A stretch of DNA of 64,000 nucleotides. Source: a virus. A program made the position numbers and the translations under genes. The stretch covers positions 32,001 to 96,000 of the IMG/VR virus record IMGVR_UViG_3300042197_000820, one strand, 5' to 3'. Shown piece after piece: positions 34,813-47,500 of this stretch (its first letter is position 1; the number at the start of each line of letters is the position of its first letter). Below the pieces are notes generated by a model. The model saw nothing but the letters and a program-made list of their open reading frames with translations. It was not told the origin of the DNA and did no database searches.

Positions 34813-36906
34813 TCACCTTCTTCTAGTTCCGCCGTAAGTTCCACCACCTATTGGGGGTGGCGCAGGGGGATTGACATTTGGACCACCTAACGGAGTATTA
34901 CCAGCTTGGAAAGTAGGAACTGGTGAGCTTTGTTCTATCATTCCAGTTGGGGTAGTTGTTGGGGTAGCTGGGAGTGGATCAAAATCCATTGTTCTCTCAA
35001 CACATGGTAAGTTCATATTACCTACGTTCGTATAATAATACTCATTCTCTAATACTATTACATAAGCTGTAACCAAATAAGTATAATACTGATTATTTTT
35101 AATCTGAGAATCGACATAGTTTATAACTTGTTCTTTGTCATTATTAAAGAACCATATCTCTTGTATCGGTTCTGAAGATATGATACTTTGGATTGAACCG
35201 TAGAGTGTGAAGTCAGTTATTTCATTCATCGAAGCAAAAGCTGGGGCCGAGAAGGCCGCGTACTTGGAGATCTTATAAGCCATTACCTCTTTGTGGGGTT
35301 GGGCACCTTTCAACAACTCAGGGTAAGAGCGGGTATATTGTTTTACTACATTTGTAACTTTAGCATGTAAGGCCGTTGTAGCTAATGCATATGCAGCAAA
35401 TGGTGTATCAGTTCCAGAAGTAGCTTTTGCAACCCTTGTCTGTTCATTAATGATGCTAGAATCTAAAGGTAGATAATCTACCACAGAGGTAGCTGGTGCC
35501 ATACCTGTTGAAATATTTTTGATTCTTTCGCCTATTTTAAGAACCCACTCATAATATTCCCAAGATTGTAGAGTGGCGTCATCTTCTTGGACTAAAGCGG
35601 ATATATAAGAACTATTTCTTTTTCTTTTACCAAGCGTCTGTTTATAAACATTGAACTGAGATTCTTGTCTTATTGAAGGGGTCTCTTGCATATGTCTCAT
35701 AGCTACGCCTTCAAGTCCTACTTGTTGCATTGATTCCGCTAAAGGTCCAGTTGCTTTAAGCGGAAAGTTGATCTTAGCATAATATGGCACTAGCTGCTCA
35801 AACGGGTAAAACTTATTTATTAATGGTAGCGTTTCGGCTAAAACATACAGAACCTTACTATCATTTTTGTAGTTTCTAAATAACAAAACTAGTTTTTGTT
35901 CAAAGCATTCTAGTTCTTCTCTAAGCGAAACAATGACTGGATTTACTTTCTTATTTAGAATCGCCTCATAGTAGTTAAAAAGTTTTGTCTCTCCTCCAAT
36001 CGCGTTAAGACCAAGCTGTGGTGTATCACTAGCAATATACTGATCATATGTTTTGGCTTCATAGTTATGAACAAACTTAACATCGGCATTTAAAGTAAAA
36101 TCTTGTTCTGATCCGACAGCCGCTTCAGTTTCCAGTAAAGTAGCTATTTCACTATCAAAATAACTATCCCTATATGTTCTAACTTTGTAAGATAATCTCG
36201 CTGGTACCTGTACTTGTACTGCTCCTATACTCGTATCAATAGCAGTAGTTAGTCTGGTAACAGCATCCGTTAAGGCTTTGCCGTAGGACAAGTAACTTAA
36301 GTCAACTCCAATCTCTGCTAGTCTTTCAGTTGTAGGAAGACCGGCATCAGATATAAGAAGGACAGTTAGTGGAGTTACTGCGCCTACTCGTTGTACGGTT
36401 AGAACATTATTTTGATCTGCGGGGTTAAGGAATGTAAACCCAGATTCAATATCTTGTATTCTTAAAGGATCAAATCCAAATACTTTGTCTATTACAAGGT
36501 TTGGATCTGACATATCGGCACCGTAAAGGTAACGATACCAACAAGGTGTACAGTTTGGGTAAGGCCCAAAGTAAGCCTCATCCGCCTGTAGAGTAATCGG
36601 AGTGCTGTGTATAACAGAAGGTATATTCTTTAATGTGCTAAAGGTGTGAGTTTTACCGAATCTAATCTTAAAAGGGAAAGTTTTATTTTCTTGAAAATCA
36701 AGATTAGCTTTCTTTACGGTTAAAATCGATTCTTCTATAACTCGACCATTCGGTAGCCTAAGATACCAATAGTTTCCTATAGCTTGTCTAAACCTATCTA
36801 TTTCTGATCTGGCAATAAAGTTTACTCTACTATCAGGTGGAGGCATAGGCGGAAGCTGTCTAATATTATTCTTATTAACAAAAATGAACTTTTGAGTTAT
36901 TTTCAT
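34813..36906 (-). CDS. Hypothetical virion protein (697 aa)
   Basis: Long ORF with YVDSQIK....YTYLVTAY FnIII-like strand and a P/T/G-rich tail. Confidence 0.65.
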   Translation of the reverse strand: MKITQKFIFVNKNNIRQLPPMPPPDSRVNFIARSEIDRFRQAIGNYWYLRLPNGRVIEESILTVKKANLDFQENKTFPFKIRFGKTHTFSTLKNIPSVIHSTPITLQADEAYFGPYPNCTPCWYRYLYGADMSDPNLVIDKVFGFDPLRIQDIESGFTFLNPADQNNVLTVQRVGAVTPLTVLLISDAGLPTTERLAEIGVDLSYLSYGKALTDAVTRLTTAIDTSIGAVQVQVPARLSYKVRTYRDSYFDSEIATLLETEAAVGSEQDFTLNADVKFVHNYEAKTYDQYIASDTPQLGLNAIGGETKLFNYYEAILNKKVNPVIVSLREELECFEQKLVLLFRNYKNDSKVLYVLAETLPLINKFYPFEQLVPYYAKINFPLKATGPLAESMQQVGLEGVAMRHMQETPSIRQESQFNVYKQTLGKRKRNSSYISALVQEDDATLQSWEYYEWVLKIGERIKNISTGMAPATSVVDYLPLDSSIINEQTRVAKATSGTDTPFAAYALATTALHAKVTNVVKQYTRSYPELLKGAQPHKEVMAYKISKYAAFSAPAFASMNEITDFTLYGSIQSIISSEPIQEIWFFNNDKEQVINYVDSQIKNNQYYTYLVTAYVIVLENEYYYTNVGNMNLPCVERTMDFDPLPATPTTTPTGMIEQSSPVPTFQAGNTPLGGPNVNPPAPPPIGGGTYGGTRRR

Positions 36907-36918
36907 GTTAGAACCGCT

Positions 36919-39900
36919 TTAATGAATAATCTTTGAGTAGGCAACTGGAGTCCCGCTCTTATAAGTAGTCTTTTGACTCATTATCGATTGCAACTTGTCA
37001 TCTATAGCTTTTTCAAGATTTGCCATAGCCTTTACACTCGTATCATTCATTGGTCTAACTAGATTGGGATTGCTTCTCAATGCCTGCAATAGAGTATCAG
37101 ATCTAACAACAAAATACTCATTGTATATTACGCTCTCAATATAACTTGGATTCAATCCTATACTTTCATTATAGAGGGGTAATATCCTACAAAACAATAT
37201 TTTATTTCTTTGTAATGCATCCGATGTCATATCATTCCATTGTAAAGATCCAAGATTGTCTGGTCTTATAGAAGCATATTGTAGTTTAACCACAATACCA
37301 AATAAATTTTGAAGCAGTATCACGTTTGACGGATTAGTTAGTTCTCCAAATGTTTGAACAAACTGATTGAACTTGGATGCTGGGAGGTTTCTAAGCTTGT
37401 ATGCTTGCAAGGGTGGTGGTAAGTCGGAAAGGCTAGCGGCATCTATATTTTGTCCAAGTGTTACCAGATCTGTTTGACCCAGCTTAGTGATACCATTTAC
37501 TACGATGTCCTCTGTGCTACTAAGAATATTATCTAGTTTACCAGAGTAATCAGTAGATTGCCTAACGCTATTTCCAAATGTATTGATATTATCCTCTTTG
37601 AAAGAACCGTGATCGCGCAGATATACGTCCGCAAGATCGTAAACATTATCTGATTCTATATCTGACGAACTGAAACTAAAATCATTTCCCGCGACTTGTA
37701 TCGAGGCAGGGATATTAGAAAGTGACTCAAGTATCGTAAACAAACTAGATTTCTTAGTTGGCTTTCCCTGTGCTGCAACGTTTGTCTTTTTTACTTTTTC
37801 TTTTAATACAGCATCGAAACCGGGAATAGATGAGAAATCGATTATTTCATCTACACCTATGATCCTGTTAGGTGTAAGATAAAAGCTAGTTTTTTCTTTA
37901 ATCAGAGATTCTGTTGGCCCAAATCCAGTATCAGCGTTCCAAAACTTCCTAATCTCTTGAGCAGACCGCTCCGAGAGGTCTTTACCTGATAGGAGAGTGT
38001 TATCTTTCGTTCCATTAGCTGTAGTATTAATGAAATCCACTCCTACATCGGATTTCCTATATAAAATCTGCGACTTTAGAGATGTAGTAGCCAGAGAGTT
38101 TCTTCTTCTTAACTTAGAAAGTCCCCCCGAAGATTTAGAAACTTCTACCAGAGTATTCGTTGGATTTCCCGAAGATAAAAGTAAATCTTTTAGTGTATTT
38201 ATTAAAGTATGTAAAACTTTAAAAAACATGTTATTTTTGTCGGTTGATGAGCGAGGATTACCTAGATTAATCATATAATCTAAATATCTTGCTGAGTTGA
38301 ACCCATCATTTGGCAGAGCTTTTAAAATCTTGTTACTTAAGGCTAATACATTTTTGAACTTATCCTTAATAGTTGTAAGGATTTTTTGTGAATCAAACTT
38401 CCCATCTTTTATAGCTTTGCGATTAATCGACAGGTTTTCATAAAGCGATTCTAGTTGTACTACTGCATTTTCTAGCTCGTATGTATGAGATTTCAAGAAT
38501 ATTACAGACGGATCTTCAAATACAAAGTCTACTCTGTATGCATATTCGCCTGATGTATAAGATCTATCTAGAATCTGTAACATTCTTACATCGCGAGATA
38601 TACTCGGGAACTCCCTGAACTTAGACAGAAATGTAGTGTTACCGTTCTTGTCAACAGTAGTATCGTCTGGTAATGGGTTTTCTTTATAGTATGTGTTTTG
38701 TCTTAAGAATGAAACTCGGTTCCTAGGACGATTACTCCTAGTCTCATTAATCTTTATATCCTTACTAGAATCTAGAAGGTCTAGTTTGTAAAACTCAGCA
38801 GATGATATTGGTTGGTTTGCATATATATCACCAAGTTGTAGGTTCTTGATGAACGAGTTGTCGGATATTAGTTTTGTGTGGTTGTACAACAAAAACATTG
38901 AAATAGAATCTTGGGAGGTATTGGTAGCATAAAACTTGTAAGAAGCATCGGTATTATCAACGGTTGAGTTGTATTTGGCAATGCTATCATATATATTATT
39001 TGAACAAAAACCTATTATTTGATTGTAAATATTAGAATTTTGAACGTTTCCGATAGGAACTACTACTCTTTGAACTGGTACTGGAGATAGTGCTGTGCCC
39101 GGTTTGAAAGTGGCAAATCCTGTCGGTGTACTTTGTATTGGCAAAGATGTAACTTGCTGTCCTCTGGTACTTTGGCCCAAAGAAACATATGTTGTTCCTT
39201 TTGTTCTAACTTTACCATTGTGGACCACTATCAGTTCCTTTATGGGACCAGTGTATACACCACTTGGTAGACTAAAATTTGGTATCTGATAATGCTGGTT
39301 AAATGTTAACTCATCGAATCTAATAAAGTTAAATAATGTAAGATGTTTAATATTTTTTGGTATTTTGAAACTGAACTTTTTCTGGAACTGATAAGCTCTA
39401 GCTATTTTTGGCATGACGGGCAAGACGCCGCCGACAACAGGTTCTGCTCTTGACATCACTATTGGATTCACAAAGAGTGAGCCATTGACAAGAGACTCGA
39501 CTTTATCAGTAGTCATATCCATGAAGCTCGTTTCTTGTAAGTAAGCTCCCGGTTGTCCTGCTTCAAATTTAGCCTGTAATACGGGTATAGAAGAGTAAAC
39601 TTGATCGATCATGCCTCCTTCCACCATCTTGGTTATTAATGGATCCGTGCTTACCAACAAACATAGAGTATAGAACTGCTGTGGACTATTTGTTGGTGAA
39701 TGGCAACATGTATCACACTCGGGATCAAAGAAGACTTTACCCTTCGGTGGAGGAGGAGAAGTTTGTAAAGAACCGGGATACGGACTAGGTGGCAAAGGAG
39801 ATGTAGCTGGATTTCCTGTTATTGCTGGGATAGGACCAGGATTTATTGGTGCTGTAGCAATACCTGCTGTACCAGTAGATTGATCTTCTGGTAATAGGCA

Positions 39901-40311
39901 GCTTACTGTAGTAGGGCTTGAAGGAGTGGTATCAGCAGTTGGAGTTGAACCAGTGTTTACATCAAAAGTCCCAAAAGGATTTTCTAGAGTATTGCCGTTA
40001 GAGGGTGGAATAAGTGTCGGACTTCTAACTATGTCTTTAGTAGTAGAATCTGATTCTTCTTCATTAACTCCTTCGTGATCATTTGTATTGCCACTATTAT
40101 CATTGTTACCAGAGCCTTTTACTAGATCTTCATAAGAAGTCAAGCCGTAGCTAGAAACTTCACCAGATTCGTAAGTGGAATCGGTCAAGACTAGTTCAAC
40201 TTCTAATCTTTCATCCTCCAGTTTAACCTCGCCAATATCCGACAGATCAGATACGCTGTTAGTAGCTAAACTTTTACCAGTTCCCGAGTCAAATGCAAAA
40301 CTTACCGGCAT
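36919..40311 (-). CDS. Hypothetical virion protein (1130 aa)
   Basis: Long ORF with an S/T/P-rich N-terminal linker followed by ECDTCCH. Confidence 0.65.
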   Translation of the reverse strand: MPVSFAFDSGTGKSLATNSVSDLSDIGEVKLEDERLEVELVLTDSTYESGEVSSYGLTSYEDLVKGSGNNDNSGNTNDHEGVNEEESDSTTKDIVRSPTLIPPSNGNTLENPFGTFDVNTGSTPTADTTPSSPTTVSCLLPEDQSTGTAGIATAPINPGPIPAITGNPATSPLPPSPYPGSLQTSPPPPKGKVFFDPECDTCCHSPTNSPQQFYTLCLLVSTDPLITKMVEGGMIDQVYSSIPVLQAKFEAGQPGAYLQETSFMDMTTDKVESLVNGSLFVNPIVMSRAEPVVGGVLPVMPKIARAYQFQKKFSFKIPKNIKHLTLFNFIRFDELTFNQHYQIPNFSLPSGVYTGPIKELIVVHNGKVRTKGTTYVSLGQSTRGQQVTSLPIQSTPTGFATFKPGTALSPVPVQRVVVPIGNVQNSNIYNQIIGFCSNNIYDSIAKYNSTVDNTDASYKFYATNTSQDSISMFLLYNHTKLISDNSFIKNLQLGDIYANQPISSAEFYKLDLLDSSKDIKINETRSNRPRNRVSFLRQNTYYKENPLPDDTTVDKNGNTTFLSKFREFPSISRDVRMLQILDRSYTSGEYAYRVDFVFEDPSVIFLKSHTYELENAVVQLESLYENLSINRKAIKDGKFDSQKILTTIKDKFKNVLALSNKILKALPNDGFNSARYLDYMINLGNPRSSTDKNNMFFKVLHTLINTLKDLLLSSGNPTNTLVEVSKSSGGLSKLRRRNSLATTSLKSQILYRKSDVGVDFINTTANGTKDNTLLSGKDLSERSAQEIRKFWNADTGFGPTESLIKEKTSFYLTPNRIIGVDEIIDFSSIPGFDAVLKEKVKKTNVAAQGKPTKKSSLFTILESLSNIPASIQVAGNDFSFSSSDIESDNVYDLADVYLRDHGSFKEDNINTFGNSVRQSTDYSGKLDNILSSTEDIVVNGITKLGQTDLVTLGQNIDAASLSDLPPPLQAYKLRNLPASKFNQFVQTFGELTNPSNVILLQNLFGIVVKLQYASIRPDNLGSLQWNDMTSDALQRNKILFCRILPLYNESIGLNPSYIESVIYNEYFVVRSDTLLQALRSNPNLVRPMNDTSVKAMANLEKAIDDKLQSIMSQKTTYKSGTPVAYSKIIH

Positions 40312-41495
40312 CCTGTACCTCCTGCGTTATCTTGACATCCCGGTGTTGTACTGGTAACTCCGGGAGCAACTTCTGCTACTACCATTTCGTTAGGATTGTA
40401 GCTTAGATTACGATCTGGACATTCGATATCATAGTCTAATCTGATATTATTGCCCTTTGCTATTGCACCGTTAGCTAAAGTGCAGACTAGTTCGTCTGGT
40501 ATCTGTCTATCCAACTGAACGTTGAAATAGTTCTCGACTAAATCAGACTGCTGCGTATTATATAAATCGGTGTTCTCATTTCCATAAATCAGGTTAGATT
40601 GCAAAATATTTATTCTTTCTGTGGACAAGGAAGGTTTTAAGAATCCATTCTCGTCAACATCATCGATAGGACTTATCATCTGTAGCTTTTTCAGCGTATA
40701 ACTACCACTATCTTGAACATATTCAAATATTTCTACATTAAAGTTTTTGTTTTTGTACTCGACACCCTCTTGAAACAAATCTAATGCTATAAAGTTAGAT
40801 TCTAATACTATCCTGCTACCGTCTTCAAAAACTGGCGTTTCTCTCATCGAGTTATACAATGAAGTAATATTAGTGTTTGTTTGTGTTTCTCCTAGTTTAG
40901 AAACAAAGTCGGACCCAGATGGTACTATTGAAATAACATTTTTAAGCTCTACTTCGATTTGTGGTATCTTGAGATATCCATACTCTGTTGCATAACTGTT
41001 GGCCGAAGACGAGATGTTTGATCTAAGCATGGTTAGATCAAAAGACGGATATCTGTCAGTTGTATTTCTAACAGTACCTATTTTACTTCTTACTAAATGT
41101 TGCAGTTCTCTGGTTTTTTGAGAGTATCTGGCATTTTTTGCCATTAGAAGTTGTATTTTATTTTCTATTTTGGTGTCAACTTCTGTCATCGAGTCTAAAG
41201 GATCTAAATATACATTTGCATTATATTCGGTAGCTGCATCGTATTCTGACAGGTATGTTTTAGCTTCTTCAAGACGAACGTGTGGTTTGAGATAGATTGT
41301 GTTGTCAACGATTCTACCCACTATATCTTTCTGTTCTTCTGTAGTAAGACCACCGTATGAACCATCATATAGTATTTCATCATCTGAAAACGAGTAGTAC
41401 ACTGGTTTAAGCTTTCCAATAGAGTATAAATATTTACCCCATTCGGTAAGTTCAATATCTATTACTTCTTGTTTATCGTCAAAAAACTGAGCCAT
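40302..41495 (-). CDS. Baseplate/tail structural protein, N-terminus similar to 31767..32672
   Basis: VIDIELTEWGKYLYS.G.....YYSFSDDEILYD aligns by eye with ILDAVLTDVGRMRLARG.....AFALGDDEIDY. Confidence 0.65.
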   Translation of the reverse strand: MAQFFDDKQEVIDIELTEWGKYLYSIGKLKPVYYSFSDDEILYDGSYGGLTTEEQKDIVGRIVDNTIYLKPHVRLEEAKTYLSEYDAATEYNANVYLDPLDSMTEVDTKIENKIQLLMAKNARYSQKTRELQHLVRSKIGTVRNTTDRYPSFDLTMLRSNISSSANSYATEYGYLKIPQIEVELKNVISIVPSGSDFVSKLGETQTNTNITSLYNSMRETPVFEDGSRIVLESNFIALDLFQEGVEYKNKNFNVEIFEYVQDSGSYTLKKLQMISPIDDVDENGFLKPSLSTERINILQSNLIYGNENTDLYNTQQSDLVENYFNVQLDRQIPDELVCTLANGAIAKGNNIRLDYDIECPDRNLSYNPNEMVVAEVAPGVTSTTPGCQDNAGGTGCR

Positions 41496-41527
41496 CTTGC
41501 ACCTATACTAAGTAGGGTCCAGACATA

Positions 41528-44500
41528 TTATCTGGTCCTAGTCTTTGGGGTCAAAGTTATGTTTGGCTGTGTTGTTTGACCGATTGTTTGATTAGTTGTT
41601 GTTTGGAACTGTTGAGGTACTTGAGCGGACGTAGGAGTTAGCAACGTAGTATTTTGTACCGATGGGGCGGTAGGTGCTACGGCAACTGTTGTAGTAGAGC
41701 TAATATTTGGGTTAACTCCGATACCTGTAATACCGATTCCCTGTCCGACTAATCCGCCTATGGGAATAGATGGTTTTGCGATTACTTCGAAATCCATTTT
41801 ACCAAACTCAATCAGTGAGAAGTTATCATAAGGCCAGTTGTAAGAATATCTTTCTTGAACAGCATTGGAACGATTTCCAACCTGCGTCCTAAAAGAAGTA
41901 AATCTTGGATCTGGATTAGATCTCTTACCGAGTTGTTTGTCTTCGAAGTTAGTTTTGGCGCGTTGTTTGACTTTGAAGACTAGCCATTTTAAGTTAGCAT
42001 TAGCGTTACCCTCAGTGGCTCTAAATGCATCAAGTATCTCGTATCCACTCAAGTCGTGTGATATTGTTGATTCAGAAAACTCTACTTTATTTCCTATCTC
42101 TGGAGCAATATTCTGCCACATTTTTACAAGATCATTTTGTGAGAATGTGTGAGAGAACTCAAAGACATACATAGAAATAGGGGCATAGTTCAAATCGTTT
42201 TCCTCATAGTTATAAAAATCAAAAGTAGGAGGGAAAACATATTTTCTCATTTTTCTATACAGATCTATCAAAGACTTACCGGGTTCCACAGGTATAGAGG
42301 GCTTGTAACTAGGATTATCTGCCATTTTTCTAGCTTCTACTGCTACTGGCCTATTGAGTTCAAAGAACTTTCTCTTGCCTTGACTTTCAACAAATGGTAC
42401 CGCAACGACGGCTTCATAAACAGTTTTGGACTTCCCAATATCACCAACCCTCGTAGACTTCTTACGGAACTTTACGATATCCAATAGAGAAGCCATTTGA
42501 GAACTTGCTCCGTAAATATTCTTAATAGCAGTTGGCATACTTTCTTTTAGACGATTATTAATCCAAACGTTTTCGATTGGTGAAACTTCTAAGAAAATAC
42601 CCTTATCTGGTGAGTCGGGTACAACTCCAAACTGATGCCACATACCAACAGCAACAGACTCAGATGCAACTGTTGGAAGCGTCAAAGATTGAGTGCCAAT
42701 AGAGGAAGTAAAGTTTAGAACAGGTGTTTCAAATTTTGGTTGGATTACCCAAATGTGATCATTGGACGATTTATCTTCTTTAATAGTTGTCGGGTTGCCA
42801 TTGGCATCAAAATCAACAGATTTAACTGGTACTTTGGAGAAGAGATTTATAGATGAAGTTAGTTGCATCGCAAAACGATTTGCATATTCTCCATATGGAT
42901 GATTGTCGTATAGATTACCCCTTACCCAATCAGAACCAGAATCAACCCTCCAACAAACGACCCTACTATCGCCAAAAATGTCGTCAAGGGTATGGGTTGT
43001 TTGAGAGGCAGTAAAGATAATGTCTGCCCATGCTTCACCGTCGTAGTAAGGAGGGGTGAAGGCTAAATCATACGCGAACAAACTATCTGGTCTTGCTGAT
43101 GATGTATAAGAGCCAGTATCTACATATTTTCTAGCTGCCATTGGAGGACCAAAAGCAGAAGGTCTAGAATACATGGTTAAGCTTTCTCTCAGGTCCGTTT
43201 GAGTAAACGAGTTCTGTGGTGTAGGATAGTTGTTACTAAAGATGCGTGGTACATTGGTGCTTCTGCGTAGTCTAACTCTCATAGAGTAATATGTTCCCGG
43301 TGTAAAGCCGGTAAACTTAGATTGTGGATCAGATACGAGACTAGCCATTTCACCTTTATCTAAGTAAAAGTCTACTACTTCAGCTAGGAAGTTATTAGCC
43401 ATTAGTTCGTACAAATCATCACCATTACCATCCCAACTGGCGCTTAGAACGAGAGAGGCACTTGGATGGGGTTCCATATCAACGAATCTAACATCCTTTA
43501 GATATGATTTTGGATCATATATAGCTTCAAATGGGATTCTTAAATCAAATCCATTCATTCCACCAGAGCCGGTACCAAGTAAATAATATTCTGTATAACT
43601 TCCAGTAGAAGCAACAGTCTCACTTGGAGTTCCTGGGGCACCTGTTAGATCTGCATTCTGTATTTGTACTTTATCGAATGAAGCCGTATAAATAGGATAG
43701 TCTACTGCGATACCAGATTTGATAGTATTATACAGAATACCGGGAGCAAACAAAGGAGTGTAAAGCGGACGGAGTTTAATGTTATCTGCTCCACTAGTTA
43801 AACTGCCTGTGTCCGAACCTCTAGACTGTATAAATGAACCATACGATTTTGAAAACTGGAATGCTAAATCAACTGTTCTCTCCGAAGGATAGAAACCATC
43901 GTATGGAATAAACTTCTTTAAACCTTTAAACTTAAGTTTTATTGACTCTGGTTCTACGATTCCTTTGAGTTCATTTAAAGTTTCTTCTAGATTTTCGAAA
44001 AGATCCGATGTAGCATAAACCTTATAAAAATCTGTGTCTAGGCTACTAGAAGCAACTGTTGCACTAGATGTTATAGCACAGACTCCGAATATATCAAACA
44101 TCCCAAGATTTTCTGACAAGAAGTTGCCTTGTTTCTTGTTAACATAATAATCAATAAAGTTTGATATTCTAAACTCTGGTAGTATTGAGTAAGACTGATT
44201 GTGTGGTCTCAGATCTTCTGCGAATCCGCCGTATGTATCATAGAAAGGATCAGTCGGTTGTTCTACAAACTCTCCATTATTATTAAAATACCCAGACTTG
44301 TTATTAGCTTCCCACTTAGTTACACCTCCAAAAATAGTTGCGTTTCCAAGAGGGTAAGCGTCTGGGAAAGATCCGAGGTTGCCAAGAGAACCGGTTGTTG
44401 TATTTGTAACGGAAAGTGTTGGTGTAAAAGAAAAAGCCGATCCTAAGAAATGTTTTCTTGAGTACAGTGGAGCTAATCGCAGAGATGCTTTAGAATCGGT

Positions 44501-47500
44501 GGTCCCTGTATGAACTAAATAATAGTTATTCTGCAATATACCTTCTCGGTAGTCTGCACCTTGTGCGTTTGTAATACCAAACGTCAAGCTGCTAACGGTT
44601 TCAAAGTTTGTTGATGCATCCAACGCCCAAGAGCTTTGGCTTATTGCAGTCAAAGAACCATTTGTAACCATAGCCTTTTTGGTTGCAAACCCCTTGATAT
44701 TTCTATCGGTTCTAGAAGAACGCCAGAAGTTATTATCAAAGTTTATTCTCTTTCTGATTATATCTAGGCTTTGGTATGCTGACGATGGGTATACCATGTC
44801 CGCAAATAAAACGTTTCTAAGATCTATATTCTTGTTAGATTCAAGGAAGGATCTTATCTGTTTAACTTTATCAGAGTTTTCGTTCCTAATATTCAAAATA
44901 CTATTAAGTTGTTCATTTGTAAAATGTGATACTTCATTGTTGACAGAAAGATTTATAATCAGATTTGTATTATCTGAGCCTGCTGTGAAAAGCATTGAAA
45001 ATGGTTTATTGTCCAGTTCTACACATGGCTCTATAAACGTGTAAGTTTTTGGGAGCTTCTTTATTATCTGCGTTCCAAGGGTGTCCGAGATAACTGTTGT
45101 CAGAAGTTCTACGTCATCAACAGTATGCGAAATGGTATTAGTAGATTTTAGTTTTTTGATGTACTTCTTATCACCGTGACGTACTTGATACCAACTAGAC
45201 TTTGCAAACTTACCGCCTCTTGTTGCTATAATAGAGTTCAATATATAGGCATTGTTAGTATTGATTGATGTTGGAACAAGTGAAGGATTGATATAGTTGT
45301 TAACACTAGCAGTCGTATCTAAGCCTAAAGTCATCGTATCTAGGTCGAATGGATCAACTATATTGGTTGTCATTCCATTAAAGCCAGTTCTTAGTTGCGA
45401 GTTAGCGACTACGGAATATCCAGTTGTAACTCCATCTATAAATCCAAATACATTTTTTCCGGTTGAAGTTGTGGCATAACTTACAATCGAAGAAGCGGTA
45501 ACAAATGTTATTGCAGAGTTTACCCCAAGAGAAGATGAGTATTTGCCATCTACTGCCACAAAACCTGATGGCACTTCACCCGCTGTTGTTACCGGGAAAC
45601 TATTATATGTAATAGCTGCATCAGTAATCCATGAGTAATGCAAATCGTTTCTCGGGATCTGATGTTGAACAAAATAGTTATCCGAGATAGAAGAACTAAA
45701 ATACGAACTATCGGTTTGTTCCAAAACTCCAAGCTTGTTTCTGTAAACACCGTGGAATGATGCTGTACCGCTGTAATCAGCAACCACCGGTATTGAACCA
45801 CTAGTTAGTCCATTTATTTCAGAACGAGTTGTCAAGAATGTCCTAAGTGGCAGTCTAACAGAAAGATTCCTGAACGGTAGAGCATTATAGACGCTATATT
45901 CACCGTGAGCGGCATCTAGACCGGGACCACCTAGATTATCTCCCATTGTAGCTGGATCGCCGGGGGCCGAGAAACGTTGCACAATCACGTTTTTATTCGT
46001 TGTGCGTGCTAACTTTGTATAATCAGAAGTGCCGCTAACAGCCCATGAGCCAACTGTAGAAGCGTTGAAAGGAGTATCGTTGAAAGATAGATCGTTTTCA
46101 CTTCTACCAGTTGTCGAAACAATATCTAGAGCAAGATTGTAGTTACCAGCGACTGTAGAAGTAGAACCAGTAGAGTGCGCTATGTTTGCAAGGTTTACTG
46201 GTCTCTTTGCCATACCATCTCTGGACACAGTAGTTCTTGGTTTTGTAATATCACGATTTGTTATTGTGATAATACCAGAAGTTAGATTCATATCATAAGC
46301 TTCTGGTCTAGTATTGGAGTCGTATTGGTTTAGCTCAACGTGTCTATGTGCATGACCACCAACATACCTTTCGGTGAATGGACCTTGCATTGGAACCTCA
46401 AAGTCCATGTCATATACATCTGAGTGGTGTCCAACAATATCAAAACGCTTTCCCGTACCAAATCCTGCTATTAGTTGGGCTTGATAACCTGTATTTGGTA
46501 CCCCAGAAGAAGCACTCATGAAAGTGAATGGAAGTACCGAATATGCTCCAATCTGAGTTGTGCCGAACGTAGCGCGGAACTTCATTCTCACTTTCTTAAG
46601 TTCAATCGGAGTTTTTACAGGTTCTAGCAGTTTGATTGTGCTGATGTCTTTGCAATCTTCTTGTTCCTCAAAGTTGTCGAGAACTAAGGTTGCGCCGCTG
46701 AGACTAGCAACAATGGCCTTCCAGACTTTAGTAACAAATCCCTTTGGAGCATTTAGACCAACAAATAAGACTTGTTCCACTACTTGTGAGAACTTTGAAT
46801 CCAAAGACATATCAAAGTTATAAAGTTGTGTAAATCTGCGTACTGAGTAATCAGAACCATAGTATGCTGTTCCGTCTGGTTTGGCTAGAAGAGGACCAGA
46901 ACCAGATGTATGGGTAGTTACAGTTCTTCTTATATTTTCTCTCTGTGCGTCTATTACAGAGTTCCCAGAAGTTATGACAGTTCCGTTACGTTCTGCTCTA
47001 CGATTCCACCAATAACAGTTCTCGTTCTCCACATTAGCGATTGGATGGTAACCACGATTCCAAGGATACAACATTTCGGCAATACCGAATACACGACCTT
47101 CGTAGTTACGATTTTTATATTTCAGAAGCGGATAGTTGTACTTGTAGTGGTTTCTTTCTAGTATATGACTTTCGATAACATTAGTAACTCTATCACCGGC
47201 ATCAGCAGTGATTGGAACTAGCTGTCGTAGCATCTCCGACAAAGATTGGTCAATCCAGCGGTAATAACTAAAATATCTATCTACATCGATTATATTACCA
47301 ATCTTCCTAAAATACAGCTCTCTCAGGTTATTCAGTTCTTTGTGTTCTTCTCTGTATCTTTGAGCAGGTTGATGGTATAGATTATTCAGTTCTTTTAAAG
47401 AAGAAAACATATTTAGCATGTCTTTCGAGACATTTCTAAATGGACTTTTCTCAAACGAAAAATAGTAGTTTACAGGAAGAATCTCTTTTGTAAATGTTTC

